DNA from: Chrysomallon squamiferum
Lineage: Eukaryota > Animalia > Mollusca
Length of the DNA stretch: 64,000 bases
Assembly: GCA_012295275.1 (NCBI GenBank)
Contig: CM022670.1
Location: forward strand, 28,148,001 to 28,212,000
Direction: 5' to 3'
The translations under genes and the position numbers were made by a program. The notes under the pieces are model-generated. The model made no database searches, was not told where the DNA came from, and saw only the letters and a list, made by a program, of their open reading frames with translations. Shown piece by piece: positions 15,432-28,392 of this stretch (its first letter is position 1; each line of letters opens with the position of its first letter).

Positions 15432-15498
<67 letters not shown>
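15420..15498 (+). repeat. (TAT)n microsatellite
   Basis: Direct inspection. Similar AAT/TAT tracts at about 7.5-8.5, 11.7, 26.8, 28.3, 39.6, 41.9, 50.9, 59.9-60.7, 61.2 and 62.3 kb. Confidence 0.93.
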
Positions 15499-16360
15499 CA
15501 TCAACATCATGATTATTATTTTTTATTTTTTATTTTTTCTTTTTTTTTTTTTTTAATTTGTACTGCTGTTTCTTCTTTTTTTTTTTTAATTAATTTATTT
15601 ATTAGTGTATTATTGCTACTGTTTTTATTCATTTTATTATATTTATTATTTACTTCATTTATCTGTTTCTTTGTTATAATTTTATTAAAAAATATATTTT
15701 ATTATTATTTAATTATTCTTTTATATTTATATATTCATTATTATTTATTTCTAAAACAGTACTGGCTGACAAAAATATGATAATTTTGAATCAGCCATCA
15801 TAAAAATAAGACAAATTGGTGTAAAAAAGTAAAAATCAGCTGTTAGATGTCATTCTATGGTCATACTAATAAATTGCTATTTTTAAATAAATTGCTGTAA
15901 AAAGCTGATTTATAATATTTTTAATTCAAACGAAGTAGAATGGACTGGATAACTTTTATAGTTAAAATTTAATTTTCAATTTGAAGAAAGATAATTAGAA
16001 ATATTTAGATCAATATAAATTTGTAAATTTTATTAAAGAATAATTTTAAATATGGGCATGAAGATGCAAAAAATATAATATTCTTATTTATATTTTTATG
16101 TGTGTAGGAAGGTAACTGTCTGTGTGTGTATGTATGTAAGTATGTTTGGATGAATGTACCTATGAATATATTAATGTACTTGCCTATATATCAATATGTA
16201 TTTTTTTGGCACTGAATTACAAATATAAATTTAAAATGTTTAATAGTTATATTTTTTTTGTCCCACTCTGTGTATATTTGCTATGAATTTGTTTTTCACT
16301 TCAGATATAATTATCAGAAATTACAGAACTAGCTTTCTTTACAACTTAAAAACAACTTAC

Positions 16361-16444
16361 CTCACAAACCACATCCTTGTGGCTTGGACCATCAGATGCT
16401 AAGGACCCAAAGGTCAAGTCACCACGAATTAGCTTCCAACCCAT
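16361..16444 (-). CDS. PDE7: Alternative first coding exon of PDE7 (MGWKLIRGDLTFGSLASDGPSHKDVVCE, 28 aa)
   Basis: Perfect Kozak GCCATGG, 84 nt open, perfect donor GAG|GTAAGT, phase 0 (compatible with exon 2). Coding-like composition, with a CpG-retaining unique-sequence block upstream. Confidence 0.72.
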
Positions 16445-17120
16445 GGCACCAGTGCGATTTCTTCGAAAACATATACATGTTGTGAATGGAATCATGACAA
16501 AGTGCCAACAACAAAAAGAAAAAAAAAGTAGTAAAAAAAAATTAAAGAAAAAAAATCTGAATTCAATATGTCCACTTTAGAATCCTTAATTGCCTAAAAT
16601 GAGTGAGTCCACCGGAGAAAACATCTTCCCAACACAACAAGGCTGAACAAACTGAGCGCAGCATCGGTGAAAGAATAATATCGTTCATTAGACCAGAAAT
16701 AGATGTAATTCAGAGACTGTTACAATCAAATAAACACATCAGCTGGTGACAGTTCTCTTGTCATTCAGCAATTCATCTGAAGTCAGCACAGCTCAGAGAA
16801 AAGAGACGAAGAAAAAAAAAATAAAACAACACTTATAGTGTGGAAACGTTTTCACATACAAACACGCATTTCTGCAATCAATTTTTGCCCACAAGAGAAA
16901 ATTACCACAATGCCTGCAGATGTCATATTATAAAGACAGCTCTCACATTGACATAAAAGGTTAAGTCCTTAATTGGCAAAAGTGTCGCTCAGAAGAGCCA
17001 CGGTCACATGCCGCAGACTGCCACAGTGAGCGGTCGAAACAAACAATAGGCAGGGCACAGTACCAGACCAGTTCCAGACTGCACCTCACACTTGTCGTCT
17101 TTACTTCAGTAGCAGTGGTG

Positions 17121-17154
<34 letters not shown>

Positions 17155-17650
17155 AGCAACAGTAGCCGTAGCAGCCAGCAGAAAATGAACTGAATAACAG
17201 AATGTGAGATATCCCCATTAAGTGACAATCATATTAAGCATGGATGCCTTCACAAAACAAAATTGCAGCAGTTTACGAGTGATTGACACAATTTTCAGCC
17301 ACCTTCTCCACTGAGTGTGGCCCTCCATGAGCATTCCTTTAGAGATCAATGATTCATGTGAGGTCGCAGGCAGTTCCTAGAAAGAAATGATAGCAGAGAG
17401 CTAGCCGATGATGATAAAATATTCTTCTGCTCTCAGTGAATGCCCTATTAATGTAAAGCTGATCTGAACCTTAGCAGCAGTTATGTTACACTGCTTAGCT
17501 TTTCATAATGAAAGAAAAGTCATGCAAAACATCGAGTATAAAAAAGATCAATACTTTTCACAACAGTTGTGTTCGCATGATTCTCCTCTGTTCAACGCCA
17601 GGTTTAAACGTGAAATTCCACCACACAGGTTGACACTTACTCAGATTGCA
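16445..17650 (-). promoter_or_regulatory. Candidate 5' UTR / promoter of the MGWKL alternative exon, includes (GCA)9
   Basis: Unique, higher-GC, CpG-retaining sequence directly upstream of the 16444 ATG; (GCA)9 at 17121-17147. Confidence 0.5.
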
Positions 17651-17944
17651 TGTGACTGTACAAGTATTAAATCTTCTATTTAATTTTTTTTTATAATGTA
17701 AACATATAAATAAAAATTAAAAGTTATGCTATATATTTATTTTTTTATTTTTTTATTTTTATTTTATTACTATTATTATTATTATTCAAGTTATGTTAGT
17801 TTAAAAGAACAAAAAAATTACACCTGAGTTTTATTACAGAAATCTGGATGAAAAGTAAGTAAAACTGTATTTTTGCCTTTTACACTAGGTGGATGGACAG
17901 TATATGGATAAGTTCCTGATAATATAAAGTTGATCTAAGTCACA

Positions 17945-18152
17945 GATGGAAGGATGAATGGATGGATGGATAGAAGGATGGATAGAATGGATAAATGGAT
18001 GGATGAATGGATGAATGGAGGATTGATGGATGGAATGAAGGATGAATGGATGGATGGAGGGATGGATGGATGGATGGATGGATGGATGGATGGATGGATG
18101 GATAGATGGATGGAGGGATGTATGGAGGGATGGAGGGATGGATGGATGGATG
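17945..18152 (+). repeat. (GGAT)n imperfect microsatellite
   Basis: Direct inspection; second tract at 18518-18557. Confidence 0.93.
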
Positions 18153-18933
18153 CCCTATTGAAGGTTATCTGAGTTAAAGCATTAGCTGTGTTATAATGAA
18201 AACAGCTGTAAACATCAGCTTTAAGATTTAATATATTTGACATGTGAGGGGTAATTTAATTTAAAATTTATTTAGAAATTTCACAGTTTCTTTCTTTTCT
18301 CAACAGTTTCCTTGTTTTGGTAAACTTACTGATCTTGTTCAAGAAAAAAGTAAAAATAAATATATATTTAAACTGTTTTACCACAATTCTATTTAATATT
18401 ACCAATGTATGAACAATGGAGGGATGATAGCTGGCTGTATATAGTTGGTTATTTGGAAGCATTCATGCATGTGTATGTAATATATAATATATTGATTTTG
18501 ATGGTACAGATGAAACAGGATGGATGAATGGATGGATGGATGGATGGATGGATGGATAATTAGAGAGCCAAACAGATAAATAAATATCCAGACAGCCAGC
18601 CATACACAAATACTGACAGACAGACAGACATAACAAAGGCAAAAGGATACTAAATCAACTTACCACAAAATACCACTGTGCATTTTTGTGGTCAGGAGAT
18701 AACCCCAGCCACAAAGAGAAACAAACAGTGAAATAAACAAACTGACATTAACATACTTTGTTAACAAAGACCTCCGAGCCTGCCATACTATCTGACTAGA
18801 AAAACACAACAAAATTTCTGTAACATTCCCCATTTTCCATGGTTGCTGAGCTGCCTCTGTTCACTTACTGACAACACAACGAGACAAAGTAAGAAAAAAA
18901 GATAAAGAAGAATCTTCAAAGAACAACACTTAC

Positions 18934-18981
18934 CAGTAAAACTGCGTAATATGTACACAATGGTGTCAGATAAATATCCAT
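18934..18981 (-). CDS. Candidate short alternative first coding exon (MDIYLTPLCTYYAVLL, 16 aa)
   Basis: ATGG start, 48 nt open, strong donor CTG|GTAAGT, phase 0. No obvious promoter island upstream, so it could be chance. Confidence 0.3.
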
Positions 18982-19274
18982 ATAAAAACAACAGTTAATT
19001 CATACAGAACAGATAGGTATTAAACTATACTTTTAGTGGTGTATGTAAATAAAGGAGAAAATTGTATTAATGGAATAATATCTTTAAAAAATCTAAAAAA
19101 ATATGTATACAGTGATATTAGGTAAAAATTAGATAAACATCTGAATTAAATATAATTTTAAAAACACAGAGAGAAGTGTATTAAAGTGGGCCTTCTATCA
19201 TACTGAAATGTAAAAGTAAAACTATTTTGAAAAAAAATAACAATTCCAGTTATACTTCTTTTTTTTTTTAACCA

Positions 19275-19700
19275 CTTCACAAAAAAGGAGAATTATTACC
19301 AGCACTTTAAGGGAAGGGAGTTTTATTACCAATACTTCACACAAAAAGGAGTTTTATTACCAGCACTTTAAGGCAAGGGAGTTTTATTACCAATACTTCA
19401 CACAAAAAGGAGTTTTATTACCAGCACTTTAAGGCAAGGGAGTTTTATTACCAATACCTCACACAAAAAGGAGTTTTATTACCAACACTTTAAGGAAAGG
19501 GAGTTTTATTACCAATACTTTAAGGCAAGGGAGTTTTATTACCAGTACCTCACACAAAAAGGAGTTTTATTACCAACACTTTAAGGAAAGGGAGTTTTAT
19601 TACCATTACTTCACACAAAAAGGAGTTTATTACCAATACTTCACACAAACAGGAGTTTTATTACAAACATTCTACACAAAATAAAGTTTTATTTCCAACA
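19275..19700 (+). repeat. Minisatellite with alternating A/B ~30-bp monomers (higher-order ~60-bp unit)
   Basis: Shared core GGAGTTTTATTACC with alternating CTTCACACAAAAA and CTTTAAGGCAAG segments. Confidence 0.93.
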
Positions 19701-21779
19701 TTTTATAGAAAACATTTTATTACAATTATTCAAAACATTTCCCATTCTTTCTTGTCACATAATGTCCAGAAGAAGATAAAAATATACTGGGTTACTTGTA
19801 TCAATTATCAGCAAAGGATGTTATCCATTTTATAAAGCCTTTAATAAATTATCTAGAAAAGCAGTGAGATGAATTTTTTTTTAACATGTTACGGTTATTA
19901 GTATTCAACATTAATTTGAAATTAAAATGTTTTCAAAATCGTTATATCAAACATGACCAAAATGAATGATAAACAATGTGTTACTGAATCTGTGTTTTCA
20001 TTACTGTCCAAGTCTTTATTAACTAAGTCAGTTTACATAAACATGTTTTCATTATTAGAAAAACATTAAAACAGTTTGAATTACCAAAGGTTAAAGTAAC
20101 AGAATGTTTGCTTCATCATAATGCTCAGTTCTCAGAGCAAAGCTCATCACACATTTAAAAAAAAACTTGATGTCATCACAATAGATATCTTTTAAGTTCA
20201 CTGTTAATTTGCACGTGTATGTGTGTGTGTGTGTGTGTGTGTATTGTATGTGTATGTATTCATGTGTGTTTTTGTGTGTATATTTGTGTAAATATGTATG
20301 TGTGTGTTTATGCAATTGTTATTATTATTATTATTATTGTGCATGTATTTGTGTGTATGTTTTCTGACTGGCAGATAATATCTTATTGGAATAAATTTCT
20401 TGGGTATTTGGTATTTGTGAGTTTTGCATGTGTTTGCCTGCATATATGTATATATTTATCATATCATCGTGCTATAATTAATAGCAGAAAAAGTAACTGA
20501 TTATCAATGTTTGTGTGTTAAAGTCAGAAACATCTTTACTTCTTTGCATAAAGAAATAGAGTTATTCAAGTTTTGAAAAGGTAATAAAGAAAAACTTTAT
20601 AATGTGATCACCTAGATAAAGTGAGCTTTCCATTATAATGACCAGTTTCTTGAATAACACTACTCTGATATGAATGTTGTCTTTGTAGAATAAAACTAAC
20701 TTACTAATCCACAAGTAAAGTTTGCATTTTCTTTCAATGGATGAACAAATGCTTATATATTTATATGTTACAGTACATTTTGAATTTAATAGTTATTAAG
20801 AATCACAATAGGTTTTTCTTTACTTTTGTTTTTTTATTTATTATTTAATACTTATTTATTTTATATAATGTTAGTAAGAGATAAGAAACAAGATGTTGCC
20901 TTTATGACCTATTCTTACTGATTAGCAGTTAGTGAAGTTTATACAGACAAGCATGCATGCACATACACACACATGCATACACACACATGCACACACACAC
21001 ACTTCTCACAGACAGGAACACACATAAATGCCTTTGATAAACAAGTCATGGAGCTGTAGTTGGAACAGGCAATAACCAGATAAACATACAAGTTGAACTG
21101 ATCCTTTCATACATGAATTTCTCAAGGCATTCACTCTAACCACTAGGCTATTTTGAATTTTTTTCTTGTCTGTGAAAGTCAAGAAAACATAAACAAAATA
21201 ATGACAGCATTCATTTTATTTTTATGTATGTGTTGTTTTCTTGCTGGTTTTTTTTTTCAGTAAATTGGTTTAAAAATGCATACTAGAACCAAAAAAAACA
21301 CTGCTAAAATAGTTTTTATATCTTCCGTTTTATTTTGCCTATCTTTGGCAAGTGGAATATTAATCATTGCTTGTGAGAAAAAAAAATACAATAAAAAACT
21401 GTACTGAGACAGACAAAATGCTTAAACTTGAGTGACCTTGGTCAAAACAAGTTAAACCAATGATTTTAAGAACAGAAAGAAAATTATTTCAGTGATTTTT
21501 TTTTTTTTTTTAATATTTTCTTTGGTAACTGCATCATTATAACTATAAAACCATGTGTGCTTAACCACTGACCACAGCTATATAACCATAACACATAATT
21601 TTTATAATGATAATTAGACAACCAAAAATAACCATTCACCATAATGGCCAACTAACCAAAAAAATACAACCAAAAATAACTACTGAATATAATCATATTC
21701 CATTATAAATACACAACCAAAAATAACCATGTTCCATTATACTTACACAGCCCACAACTAACAAAAAATAATAAGAGAG

Positions 21780-22210
21780 GTGAATAAACAGGCTTGGTTC
21801 AGGGATGAAGAGAAAGGACGGTGAGGAAATTGGGCAATCTTTAATGATGTCTTCGAGCTTGCTACTTGACATTTGTGAGACAATGCAGCGATCCACGCAG
21901 AGAGAGTTCAGTCTGACTGGCTCAGACCACTTGCAAGCTTGTTGTGACTACTCTCCAGTGTGGATTACGTGAAACTTGCCTAGGGTTCGGCCAATGCTGA
22001 GTGACAGGGATAATGCAAGGACACTTTGTAAGAGCTAATAAAGGCTCTATCATCCATGATGTGATTAAGAGAAGACAGAAACAGACTGGAGCCAGACTCT
22101 AAATGCTTCCTGATGACAATGAGGTTATATACAGTGTCCAACTGAACAGTGTCATTAGTGTTGGGAAAACATCGGCAAACCGTTTTCTCAATCATCTACC
22201 GTTTACGATA
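21780..22210. promoter_or_regulatory. Intronic CpG-retaining unique-sequence island (candidate enhancer)
   Basis: Complex, higher-GC sequence with about 8 CpGs between low-complexity tracts; no usable splice-site pair seen. Confidence 0.3.
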
Positions 22211-22644
22211 ATAAAAAAAGAACAGATCCATTTTTTTTTTTTTTTTTTATATTTAGTATGAATGTTTTCTTTTGTACTTTTTATTATTATTACTTTTTTT
22301 ATTACTTCTTTTTTGAAGAAGAAGAAAATTTTTTTTTTTTTTTGTGTGGTTTTTTTGGTTTTTAGATTTTAGATTTTTTTTGTTTGTTTTAATTTTCTTT
22401 TGTGTTTTTATATTATTTAATCTAAAAAAAATATTAATTTATGGTTAATGCCAATTTTTGTCCTGAGGGAACTTTCTTTTTTCTGAATGTTGTTGTTTCA
22501 TCATTTTTTTTCTCCCTCTCCATTATTTATTTACTTATACAAAACACTTTCTTATAGTTTTTTCTCCTTTATTTATTTGTTTGTTTATTGGAAAGGAATA
22601 TTTTTATGTACGTATTTCTTCAGAGTTTTGTGGGGGGTTTTTTT

Positions 22645-23190
22645 GTTCTTTCAAACAAAAACAAAAAAAGGCTTTCCTGTTGTAAGATTTAATTTTTTAA
22701 TTTTTTTATTATTTATTCACCATTTAGTTATTTATTTTATTTTAAATTATACAAAAATAACTTAAGCAAATAAATTTATGAAAAGTTAGAAGAAATTCCT
22801 CCACAAACACTTTCATCTGCTTCCAAAAGCCTCTTAGATTCTAATCGGGCATTGACGTTTTAGCACTGAAGTTCCAGATTGCTTTGTGTGGCTGTCAGTG
22901 CTCGACTGGTCACTCAATACGTGACCTATTGCTTCTTTCTAGGATACTTTGAGGACACTGTGTGTGTCCAAATATATCTGTGAAGATGTCTCTACACTGA
23001 TTTATCTTAGTAAGAATCTTAATATTCTGATCACTCATTCAAATCTCATTATCAATTTATTGTTTTTACAAAAGTTATTTATTTTATTTTATTTTTTTTA
23101 TTTTTACTCATCATTATTTTCTTTTCTTTTTTTTTCTTTCTTTTAAACAAAAACAAAAAAAGGTTTTCCTGTTGTCAGATTTAAATTTTG
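22645..23190 (+). repeat. Pair of ~55-bp direct repeats about 490 bp apart
   Basis: AAACAAAAACAAAAAAAGG(C/T)TTTCCTGTTGT(A/C)AGATTTAA at about 22653 and 23145. Confidence 0.8.
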
Positions 23191-23669
23191 TTTTTTATTT
23201 TTATTCATTCATTCATTTATTCATTCAATTTATTATTTTTTTTATTATTATTATTATTAGTAACATTTTTACATTTTAATATTGTTCACATATTTCTTGT
23301 TGTTCAAACAATGCCATTTTTATAAACAAAATTTAGTTTGTGCATACAAAATATAACAATTACTTTCTCAGAGGTCAGTCTCTGACTGTCCTCAGTGAAC
23401 TTTGGAAAGTTGACCTCTCACCTCAAATCAGGGATTAACTCATGATACCAGAAAATGTCATGCAGTCATATTTTTTATTTATTTTTAAACTGATGGAAAT
23501 GACTTCATAAATACCTTCAATAACAACTCTAAAAGAAAAAAAGTTATGAAAAGGTAACAGTCAAGAAGCTTCTGAAGGATCTTTCTGAGCTCCAGAGTGA
23601 AGACGTAGTCTCAGTTTTTTAAGTGGTAATCAGCTAGACATGTTTTTACAACCACACAAGTTACTGAGT

Positions 23670-23815
<146 letters not shown>

Positions 23816-26614
23816 ATGGCAGAGTTGTTACATTTCTCATCATAAAAAAGGATAGTTAGTAAACAGGATATGATAAATACATATGGAGTGCAAGCACAAA
23901 TGAGAAAAACAAATGCTTTGTTTATTGTGGGCTTTTTGTTGCTGTTATTTATTTGTTTAAAATAATAATAAAGGAGATATAGATAAAAGTGTAATGGATA
24001 TGTTTTATTCTCTGTTTTATTTAAGATTTTGTGAGAAGATGAAGCAGATGATTTTGCTGTTATTTCCCTTGGGTTACTCTGATATTTTTGTTTCTTCTTT
24101 CATTGAGAAGACGCATAATGAGGGAGTGAGTCAAGGACAAACATGGTGAGTTTTCTTAATGAAAACTCTGACTCACAGGAACTCCGGCAGAGAGTTCAAG
24201 TGATACTGCAGTACTCTGTAATTGATGTCAACACCTTGAGTACATTTTAGCTAATTTTGTCACAGCTTAAAATAATCATTCATCACAGCACAGAGGATAA
24301 CTTATCAAGTACTCAGTGGGGTGCTTAACAAAACATGAAACGGATCTCTAACACACAGGCAGGTCCAGTAATTTACCCAGGGGTAACCTCAGCTGGTGCA
24401 TTAAACAGACCTGTACAGCACAGACAGATCCATGTTTCAGATCTAGATGTAGCAGACCTGGTACTTTACAAAACACCAAATAAACTTTTGTAGCAAAGGC
24501 AGACCAATATTTTATTTGGTGGAATAAACCATGTATATTAAAAAACATGAACCATAAGCAGTTTGAAAAAATGAATATTAGTGAATGGTTTCCTACTTTT
24601 TTTTCTGTGTAATAAAATACATAAAAATCTTCTAAATTATATTTAATACAATAAAACAATTTCCTGATAAATGCATCTGCCGCATGTAAAACATCCTTTT
24701 TTTATTCCCATTGGGTCTGTTAAAAAAAAACAAGAGCCAGAGGCATATCAAACAAACAGAACATCCACTGAATGCCTCCTTGATTTTTTCTTGAAGATAA
24801 AACTCATTTCATCTTGTCCACTACCCCTTTTCTGAAACCTGGATCTGCCTCTAAGTGAAGATGTGTACTCAATTAAGTTGGAGATGTTGACAAGTACTTT
24901 CCAAATGCTTAATATCTTCTTCTTCTTTCTTTTTTAGATAGAAAACAAGTTCATGTTACCTCTGAACACTCCACCACCAATACTGCTCTGATGCCAAAAA
25001 CAGCATGCTGGGAGATGCTGCAGATTGTAAAGGTGTGATGTTGCATGTGAACCTGTGCATCAATATTTGAAAGTGTGTTTGCACTTAAGCCATAAAGTGC
25101 CAGTGTAAATATTTCCCCTAATTTGGCTGTTGCTTATCTCACAGCATTGCAATGTTATTCTGTGTTAATAACTGATTTGAAACATTCCGCATCTATAAAG
25201 TAGAAAAGCCTGTATAACTGGCTTGTTGTTGTTGTTGTTTTTTTTATTTATTTATTATGGCAGATTATTAAAGAAAGTAAACTGAGTGGATTACATAAAA
25301 AAAATCTATTAGATAACTGGAGTTAATAAAATATTGATTGCTTTTCTCACCTAAGTTCAATGGGATATGTTCCCATACTTGTCAACCCCATTTGATGGTG
25401 AAATCACTTACCAGAATGTTTCAACTCTTTCCCAAGAGGAAATCTGCACATAAAGTTAAAATGCATACTACAAATTTCCAAGACATTCAGGAGGCTTTTT
25501 GTGTTAACAAAAATCACATCAGTTGACATACAATGGTCTGTTCAATCAATTTGAACTGTACATAATGCTAATTATATAACTTAACATTCAGGTGTGTAAA
25601 AGACTTATTGTTTACTGCCAGAGTATCATAAACAGTCACTAACAAAGCTAAAATCTATAAGGATGTTTTTACTAAGAAAAATTAAGCATATAAAAAAAGT
25701 TTTCATTAATTGATTTCTCAAAGTAAATGTAACTCCTAAAAATTGTGTAAAATACATATTCAGTACACACACTGGATAAACTGAAATCATCTGAATGCTG
25801 AAACTAGTTATATTATTAAAGCAACTAGTTTATCTTGAATAGTGTACATATACATGATAGAACTTTTATATATAAAAAATTCAATATTTTACATTTTAAT
25901 TATTAGCCAAATAAATTTTACTAATATTTTTTTCACTGGAAGTGAAAATCCAAATATTGTTTTACTTGTTTTTATCTGCTGACACAATATTAAATAATAA
26001 CTCAGATTCCCTCTCTTATTCACAAGCAAAGCCCTTAACTTCTCCATTTTTCATTAAAAAAGATTTACACTCCATTTCTTTATTTTTTTATGTTTTCTCA
26101 CTCCTGACAGACAAACTTTATTGGTCCTTCTAACAAAAATTAAAAACACTTTACAGAATATTTTCTCAGGTATAAACCAACAAAGAAAAATAGCAGACAT
26201 TTGTCAACAATGATGATTTCAATAAGAAATTCCACAGAGTGACGACAAAAATAAAGACATCTTTCTGTGACGGGTACAGAAAAGTGTGAAAAATCAAGAG
26301 AAAATATTTTAAATACAATTTCTGAGGAATTCAAACCACGTAGCTGTGACATCAGACATTTCACCTGTTGTCACATCAACACGCATTTCATTAACCAAAC
26401 AAACAGCAACAATGAGTACCTGTCAAATGAGGAGATTTTTTTTTTTTTTTTCCTATTTCATTTCCTGGCAGTTGTTGTCTGTGAAACAGTGTTGCATGTT
26501 TGAGATTTAAAAAAATATTCACAGATAAAATGCCAAAAGCATAAAAAAAAATATTAAAAAAGTGAAAAATAAACTTCTGCCTCAGATGAACTGTAAAATA
26601 AAAAGAATGCTTAC

Positions 26615-26714
26615 TTGGTGTTTGTGAATTTTTTGTGACAGAATTGTTTGCTGATGAGTTGGTGAGAAGATGGGAGGTGACATCTTAACAGGGAAATAAG
26701 TTAGCTGACGTTTT
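26615..26714 (-). CDS. Candidate alternative exon of PDE7 (KRQLTYFPVKMSPPIFSPTHQQTILSQKIHKHQ; internal ATG at 26683)
   Basis: T-rich acceptor ...TTTTACTTCACTAG|, donor CAA|GTAAGC. 100 nt open, phase 2 to 0. The ATG (AAGATG) gives 23 codons in phase 0. Confidence 0.38.
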
Positions 26715-26826
26715 CTAGTGAAGTAAAATAATAGTAATAATAATAATAATAATAAAGTAAAATAATAGTAACATGAAACCTTGTGATTAACAAAATATAA
26801 TAGTAATAAAATAAAAACATATAATA

Positions 26827-26913
<87 letters not shown>

Positions 26914-27466
26914 GTAATACTAATAATAATAATAATAATCCATCCTGTCATGTACAGTCAATTATAATTTTTATTTTATTTTTGTTTATTAAATTATGAA
27001 GTGTTTTGGAAATAAAAGCATTACACATTTTAGTAAAATTTTGTGAATCATAAAAATACTTAAAATTCTTAAATTAAAAAACAATTTGTTTTTAAAATAA
27101 CATTTTTCATTATTTTAAGATTTTAAGACTTTTATAAATTTTTATGTTTATGTAAGTTATAATTGTATTTCTAATAAAAAGTATATATTTAAATAAATAA
27201 ACAATTTCTATTTTATTACATTGTTACAATTCACTATTATAAAGTTTTTAATGAAGAATTTTTATTATATCAAAATAATAATAATAAATAAATAAATAAA
27301 AATATTACTTATTTTTATAAATTTTTAATTGTAATGTTTTGTATAATGGTTGTAATTGTATGTTAATAATTTTGACAATTCAATTAATCCATTCTACTAT
27401 ATTTATTAGTCAACTAATTTTGAAAATTAAAGATTCATAATTTTCTATAATTTGACAAGAAATTTA

Positions 27467-27566
<100 letters not shown>

Positions 27567-27761
27567 TTCTAGCACATGGAGTATGAATATGAATACTTAT
27601 GGCTAGCCGAATGTTCAAATTAGCAGTTGCTAAACTACCTGTAAGTGATGGCTGTCAATTTACTAAGTACAGGTATGAGAAACTTGATTGTAATTCCAAG
27701 GTAATCAGGTAATGTACGTATGTAAAGACTGTAAAAAGTTACAGGTGTTTAACTTACCTAC

Positions 27762-27794
27762 CTGTAGTTGTCAATCTGATTAACACCAGGTGAA
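27762..27794 (-). CDS. Candidate 33-nt mini-exon (alternative donor at 27758 gives 37 nt)
   Basis: Very strong acceptor TTTTTTTTCTTTCTCAG| and tandem donors CAG|GTAG|GTAAGT. Open in phase 2 (SPGVNQIDNY) but has TAA in phase 0. Confidence 0.35.
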
Positions 27795-28326
27795 CTGAGA
27801 AAGAAAAAAAATCAAAAACACTTTCTACTTGTTACTTGTTCTGAATATATTATTATTTGTAGGAGAAAGACTGTCTGTTAGTTATAGCTTGTGTCTGGAT
27901 TTCTAATGTACAGATCTTCCAATATATTTGTAAGAAATATCCAGTTTGACTACGAAGTATATCGAACAGGGTATTTGTTGTTCTTCTTTGTTTTTCATTG
28001 TTATTGATTTTGTTTGTTGGTTTTGATGTAATTGTTTTATTGTTGTTTTTGTTGCTATTGTTTTGTTTTTCTTCTTTTTCTTCTTTTTTTTTTTTTTTTA
28101 ATGATTTTAACAAAGAAATAACAATAAGGATTTTGATAATTTTGTCCTCCAAAAAAGAATTATATATATTCTTTTTCATTTAGATTTCACAATCTACAAA
28201 AATTTACTTTTGCAGTTAAATTATTAAGCAATGGCATGTAACTTAACAAAAGATTTTTCATGGAGCTTTCCTTTCAATGGACATTTTGTTTTTGTCAGTG
28301 TTATTATTGTTGTTGTTATTATTATG

Positions 28327-28392
<66 letters not shown>

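Noticed and set aside
16961-17218. 85-aa ORF with a poly-Ala tract
   Set aside because: Poly-Ala comes from the (GCA)9 repeat; no compatible donor and no recognisable homology.
25412-25466. Minus-strand donor CTG|GTAAGT at 25411 with upstream ATGs
   Set aside because: The ATG frame ends in phase 1, incompatible with exon 2; the phase-0 frame has TGA.
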